Part shown: positions 26,401 through 39,213 of the stretch, one piece after another
How the letters are laid out: every line of letters begins with the position of its first letter
How positions within the stretch are numbered: the stretch's first letter is position 1
Position numbers and translations under genes: made by a program
The notes under the pieces: generated by a model
The model's input: the letters and a program-made list of their open reading frames with translations, nothing else
Told to the model about the DNA's origin: nothing
The model's database searches: none
Assembly (NCBI GenBank): GCA_000934665.2
Contig: KZ538428.1
Coordinates: forward strand, 1 to 64,000
Length of the DNA stretch: 64,000 nucleotides
Origin: Catajapyx aquilonaris
Lineage: Eukaryota
Reading direction: 5' to 3'

Positions 26401-28958
26401 GTCATCGGTCAGTTCTCAGGAGTGTCCATGTCAGTCAAGAGTTAATCTGAATGAAACTATCAACAGGTTTTTTGGATTTCTCATGTAATCCAATAATATT
26501 TTGGACCTACACCAGTGTCAAATTCTAGAAACGAATAATCACATTTTAACCTTATTCAGTCTGTGTGGTCTAGAAGTTTCTTTCGCTTTCGGAGTTTTTG
26601 CATCTCTGCAGGAGGGCCGCAGGCAAGCGATGTATTATCAGCCTGGAAATGGTTCGGTCACTTATTGTCAATGGCCAGCCTACCTCCAAGGTCCCAAACT
26701 ATTTCCGTGCCAATAGTGCGTTGTTTGACTCGTGGCCTTTTCACACTCAATTGTTTTTCCCAAAGTGACAAGCTTTAGGTCCTTATTAGATGTGACATGT
26801 CAAACAATCACTTTTTTTAACAAAAAATCCTGGTCCAACAGGAAGTGCTTTCATCATAAATATACAGCATTTGTAGAAAATGATGCACTTGCAATACACT
26901 GTACAGTACTCGCGATTATCTGGGCTAATGACTGCACGGGTGTCACCGGATAATTGTAAAACACTTCTAATTTAAAAAATTCCTAGACACCGTAAAAATG
27001 AGCTATTCGCAGGTTTTTAACCCTTTCGGTATCAGCTATACCACCATCGCCTAGATTTTCATTTATGTTTAACTTACCATGTCCTCTGAAGGTAAAATAT
27101 TTGTGAAACCCACATCCAATTGAACTTTTATGGAGCAATCAATTTTACGAGATTAAATTTAGTTATCGAGATATTAATATTTCTTTTAAGAGGTTGTAAT
27201 CCATCCCACTTCACTCCATCACTAGTCCTGAACTCAGGCCTTGGGTAATGGACCAACCTGTTTTTTTCCAGTATTGTTTTAAACAATGAAATAATTTCCA
27301 TCAGGCATGATGATGCAGGATTTAGGTCCACAAATCGCCGCAATTACATCCTGGGAGTAACGATAAATAAGAAAACACTGTTTCCCAATATGAAAATATG
27401 ACACCACTTTACTTTGATGGCATTAATAATGCTGTACAAATCACTTTTTAGGCCAAATTGCACCATCATGTGTTTCATTCTAAACATTGGGGTTATTAGC
27501 AAAACCTGCATTGGTTCAACCTGGCCTTCCATCACCCATTGAGAAGCTTCATGACTCTCAGACTTGTTTATTTATATAAATACATAAAAGACTCTGAATC
27601 GAAATGTTCACAACAGGCAATTTTTTTTTTCACAAGATGCCACTTGCTGCATCACTAGGATCGTGTGGTACTTCACTAGTATACATACTTACAATTATTG
27701 CGAAAACAAAGATTTGTGTAGTTCTTACAATGACCTTACACACAGTCATTACCAATACTAGCCCTGGCCTGCATGCTAGTCACTGTTAAGAGCACCATAA
27801 AATAAAGATAACACATCTCTTGAAATAAAAATTAACGGAAATTAACTTAACAGTCTACATGGTAATGGGGGCAAGTTGCCCCCCACATATGTTGTGTTCA
27901 TTTTGGCATTAAAAATTGGGCACCATAATTAGTCATTTACCCCACCACCCCCAGAAGAGAAAAGAAACCCACAGTGGACACAAACTTAAACTCATGCAAA
28001 GAAGTTCAACATGTCATATACACCATTCCATCTCTTAACTACAATTTGTGAGTTGTCACAGGGTAGGCCATCACCAGAAAATAATAATAAAACTTTGATA
28101 TTGCATCAAGGTGAATTTGGCAACCAGTCCCAATTGTGGTATAATAGTATTCCACATGTTTTCAATCAGAAAGTTGGTACACTGAAAAGTTTGGTCAATG
28201 TCATTGTCACTCATTCAGTATTCACCACAATTCTTGCCGTATCCTAGCAAAAAGAAAAAAAAGGAAAGAAAATAGCAACCTCTAAAAACAACAAAATAAA
28301 AAATTACACTGACTTTGCATATAAAACAATATTGAGCTAGCAGCCACACTGTGATGTAATAAGCCCATTTTCAATGTCTCTTAAGACACTTGCTTTGATC
28401 ACAATTTGGGAGTTGTTCTCCAATTCTTCTCTTTGATGGCATTATGCATAGAAGAGATATTACTATACACGCATAAAATGACTTGTGTCTGAAACTAAAC
28501 CTTAACTAAGCCCTGATTGAGCATGCCCGACATCATAAATTCACACGAGTTACATGTGTTGCAAACGTGGAAGAAGAATGAAGTGTTAGGCTATGCATGT
28601 GGCATGTGTGGTACCATAATCTGTAAGCAACTGGTGCAGCGATGTTGCCAATAACTCCATGATGGGCATGAGAGTGAAAAAGACAAGATGAGATCCACAC
28701 CACTTTCTCTGACATTACGTCTGAACCATGCAACTACATCAACCACTTACTGATTATGGTACCACATATTCAAGGTCCACATTTGCAGCAGACAAGCACC
28801 AGTATTTCATCCTTCATCCATGTTTGCAACACAGGTCTGTTTGCCATTATGTCTTCTGGAGTAATAAGGTAGGGCATGCTCTAGCCAGGACCTGGCCAAT
28901 TCCCACTACTGCTGCGCATATGAATAGCATGACTATACTAGTACATTAAGTTAATATA

Positions 28959-29745
28959 TTGGCTCGACTGGAAAATAAGGTCCACTTTTAATTAGAAAAG
29001 CAACAACGTACCTCTAGAATTTCCATTACATACATCTGAAAGCTTCAAATGTCTACTTTTTTTCAAATAGTTCCCAGCCAAATTGAGGCATTTGTCAGAG
29101 TTTCACAGGATGTTGTATGCCTATGTCATAGATGTTTGCCACCCCCCGATTTCCCTGATCCCTGAACACTGGACTGCAACTCTTCATCATTGTCAAACCT
29201 CTGCTTTGCTTGCCAGTTCTTCATGTCCAATTGTCCATAGACAGGTGGTAATGACAAGTGGCTCTGAAGAAAGTGATCAAACAATTCTCATTTGAATTGT
29301 TGCGACAGTGTGCCTGTATGCGAGCGAGTATTGTTGTGGCATGGAGTTCCGGGGTGTTTGTCTTACACAACAATGCCCGCTCGCATACTACCTTGCATAC
29401 CCTGTCACAATAATTCAAATGAGAATTATTTGATCACTTTCTTCAGAGCCACCTGTCATTACCACTTGTCTATGGACATGATGAAATGGCAAGCAAAAGC
29501 AGATGTTTGACAATGACGAGGAGTTGCATTCCAGTATTCAGGGATAGGGGAAATGGCTGGCGACAAACGTCTCTGACATAGGCATACAAAATCCCGTGCA
29601 ACTCCATGACAAATGCCTCAATTTGGCTGAAAACTATTTTGAAAAAAAGTAGACAGTTGAAGATTTCAGATGTGTGTAATGGAAATTCTAGGGGTACATT
29701 GTTGCTTTTATAATTTAAAATTGACCTTATTTTCCGGACGACCCA
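28959..29745. mobile_element. Mariner fold-back made of two inverted 3' ends
   Basis: ~370-bp arms; the right arm reads as a decayed transposase C-terminus (LHNNARSHT...FDNDEELH...HDKCLNLAENYFEK*). Confidence 0.85.
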
Positions 29746-29749
29746 TATA

Positions 29750-30786
29750 TAAGGTGTGTTCAAATGAAACATAAAGTGAGGCAATATCTTAGGAGCTATT
29801 TGTTTCAGTTGAGTGCTAATGGTATCTCTGAGTAGGCACTTGCATAGCTAATTTTCATGCAGAGTAGTTAGTAGTCAGTATGCATGTAGGGGTCAGGAGA
29901 GCATTTCATGCAAGTCTCTCAGGGCTATGGATTCGTCCAAACATGCACAACTCGCCATCATTATTTTTCCTCATCAAGGAAGGAACTTCACCAGTTGACA
30001 TTGTCCACTGGACGCAGAAGGTGCATGGGAATGTCTGTTTCAACCACAAGACTCTTCAAAAGGTGCCAGGAATTTCTATCCAGATGTGTGTGCACGGAGG
30101 ACCATTCGCGAGAACATTTCCTTAGTGGTTTTCTACACCAATCTGTCCACCAATGTGTTTGAAGCATGCTTTCCCACACGCCCTTGGCATCCAATGGACA
30201 ATGTCCACTGTTGAAGTTCCTTCCTTTATGAGGAAAAAGGATGATGGCGAATTGTGTCTGCTTGGACGAATCCATAGCCCTGGGAGGCTTGCATAAAATG
30301 CTCTCCTGCCTACTACATGCATACTGACTACTACTACTCTCCACGAAAATTAGCCATGAAAGTGCCTACACAGAGATACCACTAGCACTCAGTTGAGACA
30401 AACAGCTCCTGAGATATTGAGTGTGTTTACATGGGACTAAAAGTCGGCCTGGCCCATGCCCCCTAAGCAAGGCCTGCTCCAGCTTTTTCCACTGCTACAT
30501 GGGACTGACTCTCTTGCTGGAGAGATAGCCCTGGTAGCCCACTCAGAACAAGACTTCCCTCCCGGGCTGTCCCCTCAACCAATCAGCGCCATCGCCTATG
30601 TAGACCACCTGATTCAAAAGGCTTGGGCTGTGCCCAATACCAGCTCTGACCAGCTCAGCTAAAGTCGGTCCAATGTACGCCCAGCGGCTACATGGGAGTA
30701 AACCGGTTCGCCTAGCATAGGCGGCTTTTTAGTCCCATATAAACACACCCATTGCCTCACTTTATGTTTCATTTGAACACACCTTA
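29750..30786. mobile_element. Mariner fold-back made of two inverted 5' ends
   Basis: TA|TAAGGTGTGTTCAAATGAAAC ... GTTTCATTTGAACACACCTTA|TA; both arms carry the transposase start MDSSK..Q.AII.FLIKEGTS.VDIVHW. Confidence 0.87.
30419..30750. mobile_element. MITE with a 3-bp TSD (Harbinger-like), nested in the mariner fold-back
   Basis: ATT|GAGTGTGTTTACATGGGACTAAAA ... TTTTAGTCCCATATAAACACACCC|ATT; empty site seen in the other arm of the host. Confidence 0.85.
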
Positions 30787-30796
30787 TATTTTTTAC

Positions 30797-31081
30797 TGGG
30801 CGTGCCGCCCAGTAAAATATGTAAGGTCATGTAGTGGTTATCGCCACAGCCTTCCCCCTCTGAGGTCTCGAGTTCGATCCCCGGGTCGGACATAGGATAC
30901 TTATGTGGATAGAGTTTTGATGGGTTCACTCCGTGTTCGCGTGGGTTTTCTTGGGGTTCTCCTGTTTCCTCCCACAATCAAAACCCATCACAGCACAAGC
31001 AAATTATTAAAGTCGGTTCATGAAAATATGATCCCCTAAAAGGGGTGAAGGAGACCTATCACGGGGTATCCATTAATAATA
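30797..31081 (+). mobile_element. tRNA-derived SINE with a V-domain-like core
   Basis: B box GAGTTCGATCCC; core CTCCGTGTTCGCGTGGGTTTTCTTGGGGTTCTCCTGTTTCCTCCCACA; TSD TATTTTTTAC. Confidence 0.82.
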
Positions 31082-33335
31082 TATATTTTTTACCTCATAA
31101 GTCTATTGGCTTCAACGATATAAATACATGAATCTTATTTCCGAATTTCCCTAGTACAAATCTAATGTCTCCTGATATGGACTGGCATATTTTTGCTGAT
31201 TGGTGAAAGAATTTATTATAGTGAACAAGAATTCACAGGGTTAAATTTTACGTCCTTCTCTACTTGCATTAACTGGGATAACATTGTTTTTGAACGTACT
31301 GATTGTTTGATAAGGACATTAAGGTGGAAATGAAGCGACTTGCTAATCAAATGAGAGTCTAGAATTGGAATGTTAATAAGAAGGGCTAAAATCAGGGAAA
31401 CATACGCAACCGATGTAGCAGGAAATGCTGTTCAATCCTATGCATTCCATTCGAATCTGCGTTTTAAACTCGATTTAATATGGGCCTATTACCGGCTGCA
31501 AGTTCTTGTGCGCAGGCGCAATTTTCACGACTGCCAACTTAAACATGGTATTTGGAGGTGTGCTTAATATTTGTTATTTTTGATGGAAATCGATTTTATT
31601 CGGTCTTAATTACGAGGTCCCAATTTGTCATGGCATATTTAAAAGTTCAGTTCCGAAAGGGGAGCCTGTAGCTCTTCATTTGTGTCGGATTTGGAACACG
31701 TTCAGTTGGTACGCGTGTGACAGATAGAAGCGGCAACGCAGCAAAGCTCCGGGCCAATTATCGCGTAGCAATGTGACGTCATTGCCGGGTGGATTCGAAT
31801 GATTCGATTATTATATTATAATTATAACTATATAAACTAATATAACGGTTCTGACGTCTGACAAACACCCCCGCCAAGCGAAAATCCTGTGTGAGCCATT
31901 GTGAAAACCATCATACTAACTTGCACTCATATTTCGCGGTCGTATGCAACCGTATCTCGCTACCGTAAACAACGCTACGTTGCCACGTCCTCACTCGAGT
32001 GGAGCAATGTGACGTCACTGGATCATTTTCGGATCGTTTTTCAGCAATATAAATTGAAAGAGCACGGTGAGGCAGGTTTTTCTTTTTGCGGTTACGATCA
32101 GTACATAATTCCCGACATATTCCACATTAAATTTTAAAATTCTCATTTGCTTATCATTTTTTTGTGGACTATTGAAAATTCTGCCATAAGGGCCCATGTT
32201 AAATCGCGAACTTCTGAGCCCTCTAGTTCGCTAATTTGCACGGTGACGTGTATTTTTCTTTGCACCATTGATAAGAGGACACAAAACTGCGTAACATATG
32301 TTTTTTTCATAAAATTCTCATTGAGTGACTCTAGCTTCATTTCCACCTTAAGCAATCCAGCAGTCAGAACTGATTCTGTTGCTGCAGTGGCAACAAATCT
32401 GTTCCAGTTATGGGATTTCTTAAGACAGCAATAAGTGAACCAAGTCTGTGTTAAAGGGGAACCAAGAAGAGACTGCAGGGATTAGGTGGATTTTTCCAAC
32501 TGTTCAGCTCCCCTCCCCGCCTCCCCAGTCCCTATGTTTACCATGGCGATGAATCAAGTAGCCAGGTGGGGAATATTTTTTTCAATGTGAATGTGGGGTA
32601 TTCCGGGTTCCTTTTGTGTCTGGCAACTCTACTTCAAAACCCCAGAAAACCCATACAGTCTTTTCTTGGATGACCTTTAACACATGTGAAATAGCAGGTA
32701 CACCCAATTTCCACTGCCAGTACACAGTATTCCCCCTGCATCTTCCACCCATCACCGAAATAGGTGTCTTACGCACTGATCAGACCTTACTGAACACCTG
32801 CTTTCCGAGTAATTGCAAATTGTCACTACACATCACAGAATTTGGAAACCTAACATACTTTGGAATATTCCAACTGGATTGCAAATGACAGCATCTGATA
32901 TCATAAACCACCAAAGTTCAGAGAATGTCCATGCCAAACAGACATGGCTATTGATCCACCAGTATCCTCGATCTATGGGTCATGAGCCTTTACTGCATGT
33001 GTATGATGTATAGAGAAGTTTCAAGTTGTAGAGTTGACTTGTTACTGGTATGGATGATAATATTATATGGTGTGTACTATCCCGAGCTAAAAGATGGAGA
33101 CAGCAGATTTGGTTTTTTATAGGAGGAGCAGAGCTAACTAAATCCACAAGTTTAATAACTAGTCTTCAGGTGTGATTATGGGTACTTAGACTCCTACTAG
33201 CAATATCTCCCATCATTCCAGGCAACTGTCGCTCTTTCTTTTGTGGTCAGTCATGTGAGTCTTTTGCTTTCTAAAATCCGAAAAATGTCAGGTCCCAAGA
33301 TTGTCAACTGATAGGGTTCAGTAATTATTATCTCA

Positions 33336-33853
33336 CAACCAAACTAACTCTTCTTACCCTCCTAAATTTTGAAGTTTTTTGGATTTTCTAATTTTGCTTG
33401 ACCAGTGTTGTGCAAACATCACCTCTGCTGCTAATTTTCACGTTAGCAGGGTCAATATACAAGCCAAAAGACCAAAATTCCGAAGCCACAACACCTGCAT
33501 CCGGTTGCGGGTCCTGGCTGGCAGGTCACGGGTCGTTGCGACTGATATCAGTGATATGTAAATGATTGATTAAACTTGATTCATAAATACTACACAAAAG
33601 CGATGTCGAAGCGTGTGAGGTCATATTCTACTTGCTCACGCCACCCTAGAGCGCGTTACAGTCGCGGCAACCGGGGACCTACCATCCACGACCGGCTGCT
33701 AGGTATTGTGGCTTCGGAATATCGCATTTAGCTTGTATTTTGACGTGAAAATTAGCAGCAGAGGTGATGTTAGCACAACACTATAGGCCAAGCAGAATTA
33801 GAAAATCAAAAAATTTTCAAAATTTAGGAGGGTAAGAAGAGTTAGTTTGGTTG
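33336..33853. mobile_element. MITE with ~200-bp arms and an apparent TCA TSD
   Basis: TCA|CAACCAAACTAACTCTTCTTACCCTCCTAAATTTTGAA ... reverse complement|TCA. Confidence 0.85.
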
Positions 33854-34060
33854 TCAGTTTCACTTACATGGGGTAGGGTGGCTAAGAACCTATATCCCAC
33901 GGACACTGGAAGAATACTTGACTAGATTTTGAATTAATCCCCATTCGCATTCCCCCTGTAAAGTACCACTAAGATTAGAGAAATGTTTAAAATAGGACTA
34001 CTTGACCATGTGGTAGTTATCTATGGCAGGAACATGCAAAGTAGCCTAAATAAGTTAATA

Positions 34061-35174
34061 CGTGGGTTGATTCAGAAGTCATTGCGTGTATTTTTTAATT
34101 CAAAAAAGGTAACACATACAGAGATGACCTTTGCTGAGTTTTGAAGATCCGGCGATTACAATTTTATCTGGCATATAGATGTCACCCATATCACGTGGGA
34201 GATGGGGAAACAAAGGGGGAATGTGACCCCACAACCGCACCATCGCCCTAAGACGGCCCGAGCCTAACGCACTTGGAGCTGTTGGACTCGGCATGCTGGA
34301 CACTCGGCGATGGACAACATGGGAGCTTGATTTCGAGTGTGGGACAAGTCAGAGCACTATGCTTAGGACTCGGAAAGAGTGAAAGGTCTCAGGAAGTTGG
34401 AATCCTCACTGGTTCCTCGCCATCTCTTTGAGGTGCAAAAGTGCCACCATTTAGTCCTCGCCAAGGAGATTATAGTGGTCCTTGCTTAGAACTCTATCGC
34501 ATTGAGGGCGATGGTTTTTTCAAACTGTTTGTGGTGATGGATGACACATGGCTCCTGTCATAGTGCTCTCTCTAGTCGGCCTTGGTGGACTAGTGGTTAG
34601 CGCGCTCGCCTCTGGTCCCAAGGTTATGGGTTCGAACCCGGCCGAGGTCGGTGACTTTTCTCCGGGTGGTAGAAAAGTGAGAGTGCGCCTTCCTTCGGAG
34701 GGAAAGTAAAGCCGTCGGTCCCGTATGCTTGTGACATTGCGCGAGTGCACGTTAAAGATCCCCAGAGTGGCCAAATTTCCAGGAGGAGGACCACCCCCTG
34801 GCGTCGGTGTTGAGCCTTAGAGGCAGAAATAGGCCGACGTTAAGCCCCACTGATATGTCATAGTGCTCTGACTTGTCCCACACTTGAAATCATGCTCGTG
34901 TTGTCCATCGCCGAGTGTCCCGCAGGCAGCATCTAACAGCTCCAACCACGTCAGGCTTGTGCTGTGTGTGTGTGTGTGTGGGGGGGGGGGNGGGGGGGGG
35001 GGGGTGTCCACATTCCCCCTTCGTTTCCTTGCCCCCCTCGTGATATGGGCGAGACCTATATGCCAAGATAAAATTGTAATTGCCGGATCTTCAAAACTCA
35101 GCAAAGATCATCTCAGTATGTGTTACCGTTTTTGAATAAAAAAATACGCGCAATGACATATGAATCAACCCTCG
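34061..35174. mobile_element. Mariner-type fold-back MITE
   Basis: TA|CGTGGGTTGATTCA ... TGAATCAACCCTCG|TA; ~300-bp arms; interrupted by a SINE. Confidence 0.87.
34570..34855 (+). mobile_element. tRNA-derived SINE with a Nin/Deu-domain-like core
   Basis: A box TGGACTAGTGG, B box GGTTCGAACCC; core CTTCGGAGGGAAAGTAAAGCCGTCGGTCCCG...CACGTTAAAGATCCC; 14-bp TSD TGTCATAGTGCTCT. Confidence 0.88.
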
Positions 35175-35663
35175 TACAGCCATAGGTAAGGGGTATTTCT
35201 CAGATATTGAGGATTGTACCTCAGAAATTTTAAGGATTTCTTACGTCCTGAAGTGGTTGTTTTTCACTTATTGGATTGGCCACTAAAGGTTGATAATAAT
35301 CTAACCAGGATCATTGCTGGAAAAAATGAACAGACAATGAATACCAACCATGAAATCCTGGGCAGATTATCTACCTTGAGTATGCTACTGGGCCTGTGTA
35401 ACAGTTTTCAGAACCTACATTTTGACATACACCAGAGATTTCTCCCTTTATGTCTCCATCAGAAAACAACATTATTTTGTGCCTTTCATGAATTAATGAA
35501 AATAATTCAGCAACATTTACCATATTTCTCAATTGAATTGAAACAAAAAGGACACCCTGAAATGATTGAACATGTAAATAACACTCCACCCCCCCCCCCC
35601 CCNCCCAATATAAAAAATTAACTCCCACAAACTCCACAATCAACTTCACTATGGCTCACTGAG

Positions 35664-35942
35664 TCACTGGCATTCTTCCATCTTGATCACAGGGTGAGTA
35701 CTGTCTTCTGCTTCCTCTCTCATGTCAATAGTCAGATCAGGCGGTGAGGGTGGTTCCTCTTTGACGACTGGTTCCTCATCAGGAGACGCTGGTACACCCA
35801 TCAAAACGTCCATTATTGACTGAGGTATATGAGCTCGCTGACTTTCTGTGTACTTCATCACATGAGCAAGAAGAGGGTCCCGAAGTTCAGGCGAAACTGT
35901 CATGACTTCTCGCAGCTGGGTGGTGGGAAGCTGGAGCAGTAC
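35664..35942 (-). CDS. SYMPK: Symplekin exon 3 (terminal)
   Basis: tttcatag|[31 protein letters not shown]...[13 protein letters not shown] to stop; continues PQSFQ from exon 2. Confidence 0.95.
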   Translation of the reverse strand, partial: VLLQLPTTQLREVMTVSPELRDPLLAHVMKYTESQRAHIPQSIMDVLMGVPASPDEEPVVKEEPPSPPDLTIDMREEAEDSTHPVIKMEECQ

Positions 35943-36028
35943 CTATGAAAGGACAATTTTAATACATATCTTTCTTGTGATTAATCCTCTGGACAACTTA
36001 TGCAAGTTTATATGGTGCACATCAGGAA

Positions 36029-37065
36029 AAAGGACAAGGCACAAAATGTATGGGCGAGTGGCCTTCCGTTCGATTTGCCTGAAAATTGGATATGTTGTGG
36101 CCCAGACCATCCTGATCAATGTTAGATAGGGACATTTCGAGGTAGGACCTACAGGGAGCGTGCTATTGACCTCCGAAGGTCATATGGGATATGATCTGGT
36201 TTTCCGTTCGATTTGCCTGAAAATTGGATATGTTGCAGCCCAGACCATCCTGATCAATGTTGGATAGGGACATTTCGAGGTAGGACCTACAGGGAGCATG
36301 CTAATCGCTATTCATCGAGAGGATACTCAATACCATAGAAGACTGCTGTGAGAGAAACCTTCCTTACATTGACCCAATGAATGTTGAAGTGTAGCTGGAG
36401 GAAACTCCAGATGACAACCTTCAAGGAGTAGAATTTGAACCAGATGAATAGGTAATAAAGATTAATAGATAACGGGGAGGTGTAGATGGCCGAGATGCTA
36501 ACGTCTCGGCTTGCTGAGTGAAAGGCCTCAGGTTCGATCCCCGCCTGGGGAACTTTCCTTTCACCTGCGTCAGGAGGGTCTCTGACCTGCACCTTGGAGG
36601 TGTCTGGCAACCTAACCTCCTGGGGAACAGCACATGACCCCTTTACTGACCTTGCACTTCCACCAATGTTCCCTCCCCAAAAATCCCTATCCCTACCCTA
36701 CATCCTTGACTCCTTACACCGGTGAATGAAGTTAATACAGGAAAATGGAGTGAAACGGTGGTACTCCACCCCCCTAAAAAGGCTCAGCCGTATCACGGGG
36801 TAACGTAAAAAAAAAAAAAGAAGACAAGAAAAAAAAAGATTAATAGATAACTTAATGCAATAACCATTGAGTTCCTGGAGACAAGATTATTGTAGTCTAC
36901 TACTCCCCCTATTACCTTCGGAGGACATTAACAGGCTCCCTGTAGGTCCCACCTTAAAATGTCCCTATACTACATTGATCAGGACGGTCTGGGCTACAAC
37001 ATATCCCATTTTCAGGCAAATCGAACGGAAGGCCACTCGCCCATACATTTTGTGCCTTGTCCTTT
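36029..37065. mobile_element. MITE with ~150-bp arms, an internal duplication and a SINE insert
   Basis: AAAGGACAAGGCACAAAATGTATGGGCGAGTGGCCTTCCGTTCGATTTGCC and its reverse complement; 36202-36300 repeats part of the left arm. Confidence 0.85.
36474..36834 (+). mobile_element. SINE family A
   Basis: Same head and body as 17124; poly-A tail; 17-bp TSD AAAGATTAATAGATAAC. Confidence 0.94.
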
Positions 37066-37628
37066 CATTTCCAAGTCGAAACCATCATTAAGAATGCTGT
37101 GACTGGTTGCCCAACAAACAAGCTGCCCTGTCATATCCACTTCACACCTGAAGCTTATTTTAACCTCAAAAATATCTTAACCTGTTGATGGCAGAGTTTT
37201 TGGCAGGTTTTTGGGCCATTTTTTTCTCTTTTGATGTATAGGAGTGATATTAATGAATAACAACTTCGCGCCAAAATTAATCATTTTAATTCGTGGTGGT
37301 CCTTTTTAATGTAAAATGCCGGAAAAAATCATCTACAGTGTTCCAGAAATAATTTGTTAAAAATCGTTTGGCTCGCATAATGTCAATAGGCCTAACAAGT
37401 TTACATAATCACTTGACACTGTTATTATGGTTGCATAATATAACCACAACACTACTATGAGAAACTCCCACCAAGGGTCCAGACTTTACTGACACCCTCT
37501 ACTTAGGGCCTTTTTTAAACATGAAAGATGATGCAGCAGCCGTGTGGTCTTGACATATTGGACTCAGCTTGGCTCCCGCTAGTGGATTGTGAAGTCTCAT
37601 GGTAGTTTAGTCACCATCCAAGTGATGT

Positions 37629-37923
37629 AATAATTAATAATAATTCATACCCCGTTATCAGCCACCGGCTGTTTACGGGGGAAGTTTGTTTTGCCTGGAA
37701 CTCTTTGCTTTTCATTTTTACTGTGCTCTTCGGGATAGGATAGGGACGGAAGGAAGCGGCTGTGGCCTATTTATTATACGGAAACAACTCCGGAATTCTC
37801 CTGGAAGGACCGTGGGAAACCACAGAAAACCACGGTCAGAGTTGCCGGCCCCGGGATTCGATCCCAGGACCTCCCGATTAGCAGTCGGACACCATATCCC
37901 CTCCTCCAAACTGCTTCGGTGCC
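37629..37923 (-). mobile_element. SINE family C (tRNA-Ser-like head), tail type 1
   Basis: GACTGCTAATC anticodon-like loop, B box, core GGTTTTCTGTGGTTTCCC...AGGCCACAGCCGCTTCCTTCC; TSD CCATCCAAG(T/A)GATGT. Confidence 0.9.
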
Positions 37924-37943
37924 CCATCCAAGAGATGTTAGGA

Positions 37944-38445
37944 CAGCGGTTCTCAAACTGTGGGGCGCGCCCCCCTGGGGGGGCGAATCCAAAAATTATG
38001 TGACTTGAAACAGGTGCAAAAGTCACACTGATTAGGTAAGAACTACATCTCAGGGCTTACTGTAGAGTGCAGTTCTACACAATTTGTGTAGTTCTAAAAG
38101 CCAAAAGTGCAGTTCTGAATAAGGATTTGTGCAGTCAGAAAATAGCAGCCAAGTCTGTTATATGCAGATTCAACTGCACTTGTATATTGGCACTGCTGGT
38201 AATATGAAGAGACTGACCTTTCTACTTGCTTATATCCAATGTGCTTACAGTACAGGAGGATTCCATTGTACTTCTTCAGTTATTACATTCACCTTTGAAG
38301 CTTGTGTGACCTTGAACACAAAAAATTTTAGCCTCCGGCAGGCTTATTGCTTTGGGGAAGAGAGAGAGAGAGAGAGGGAGGAGAAAAGAGATATCTGAAA
38401 TTACTTTCCAGGGGGGCTGGATGTGGCAAAGGTTGAGACCCTCTG
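37944..38445. mobile_element. hAT-type MITE
   Basis: CAGCGGTTCTCAAACT ... AGGTTGAGACCCTCTG with 8-bp TSD TGTTAG(G/T)A. Confidence 0.75.
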
Positions 38446-38911
38446 TGTTAGTATATTGAACTGAATTTGGAACCGCAAAGTTTGAATTCTCTGTGCACAG
38501 TTTAGCACGCCAAGTTCAATCATATGCAGACCATCATATGATGGACGTCGGTCTCAACAGGTTAAAGCTTAAGGCAATAAAATGTAACACTTTCTCCAAT
38601 CCATTAATGTACACAAAAATGTGATGGGTTGCTCCATTACCCAGTGTATGTGAAAAACTCCGCCTGCTGGAGGAGTTTCAAATTCCAACACTAATTCATT
38701 ATAAGGCTAGATGCAAACTAGGCAATAACCACAGATTCACAGGCTTTCTCACCCTCAGTTAAAATTTATCTGCCCCTACTACTACTTGGATGCAACTATG
38801 CTTGTCATCACCTGCTACAAACTAGGTCATGGCAATGCAACATTAGCAGAAAAGCTGCAAACACAAGATGTTCGGGTGACCACTCCTGCCAACACCACTT
38901 ACAAGGGAATG

Positions 38912-39213
38912 ACCAAGGGTGGTCGCCTCCAATTTGGCTGAAACTCGCTTGAGAGCTCAATAATGTGCTGTAAACACAGTGGTGAAAGTCCTAGATTCCG
39001 AGCCGTTTCAGATATATGAGCGACGGAAACTTTCGCATTTTGGCTGCACACATAGGGGCCTTGCACTTGTCCCTTTCCCGCATGACCCTCATAAATTGGT
39101 CATGTCTCGGGAACTGCTGAACAGCGGGATCTAGGACATTCACCACTGTGTTTATAGCACATGATTGACCCCTCAAGCGAGTTTCAACCAAATCGGAGGC
39201 GACCACCCTTGGT
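38912..39213. mobile_element. MITE with ~90-bp arms, unclassified
   Basis: ACCAAGGGTGGTCGCCTCC ... GGAGGCGACCACCCTTGGT. Confidence 0.82.

Larger units (their letters stand above)
37181..38561 (-). mobile_element. piggyBac-type non-autonomous element (related to 43524-44457)
   Basis: TTAA|CCTGTTGA ... TCAACAGG|TTAA; shares the AAAAGGACCACCACGA-TTAAAATGAT and CATCATATGATG blocks with the 43.5-kb copy. Confidence 0.78.

Noticed and set aside
27078..27535. Minus-strand ORFs and a strong ATG|gtaagt donor upstream of spastin
   Set aside because: No recognisable protein, stops between frames, and no matching acceptor before the spastin ATG.
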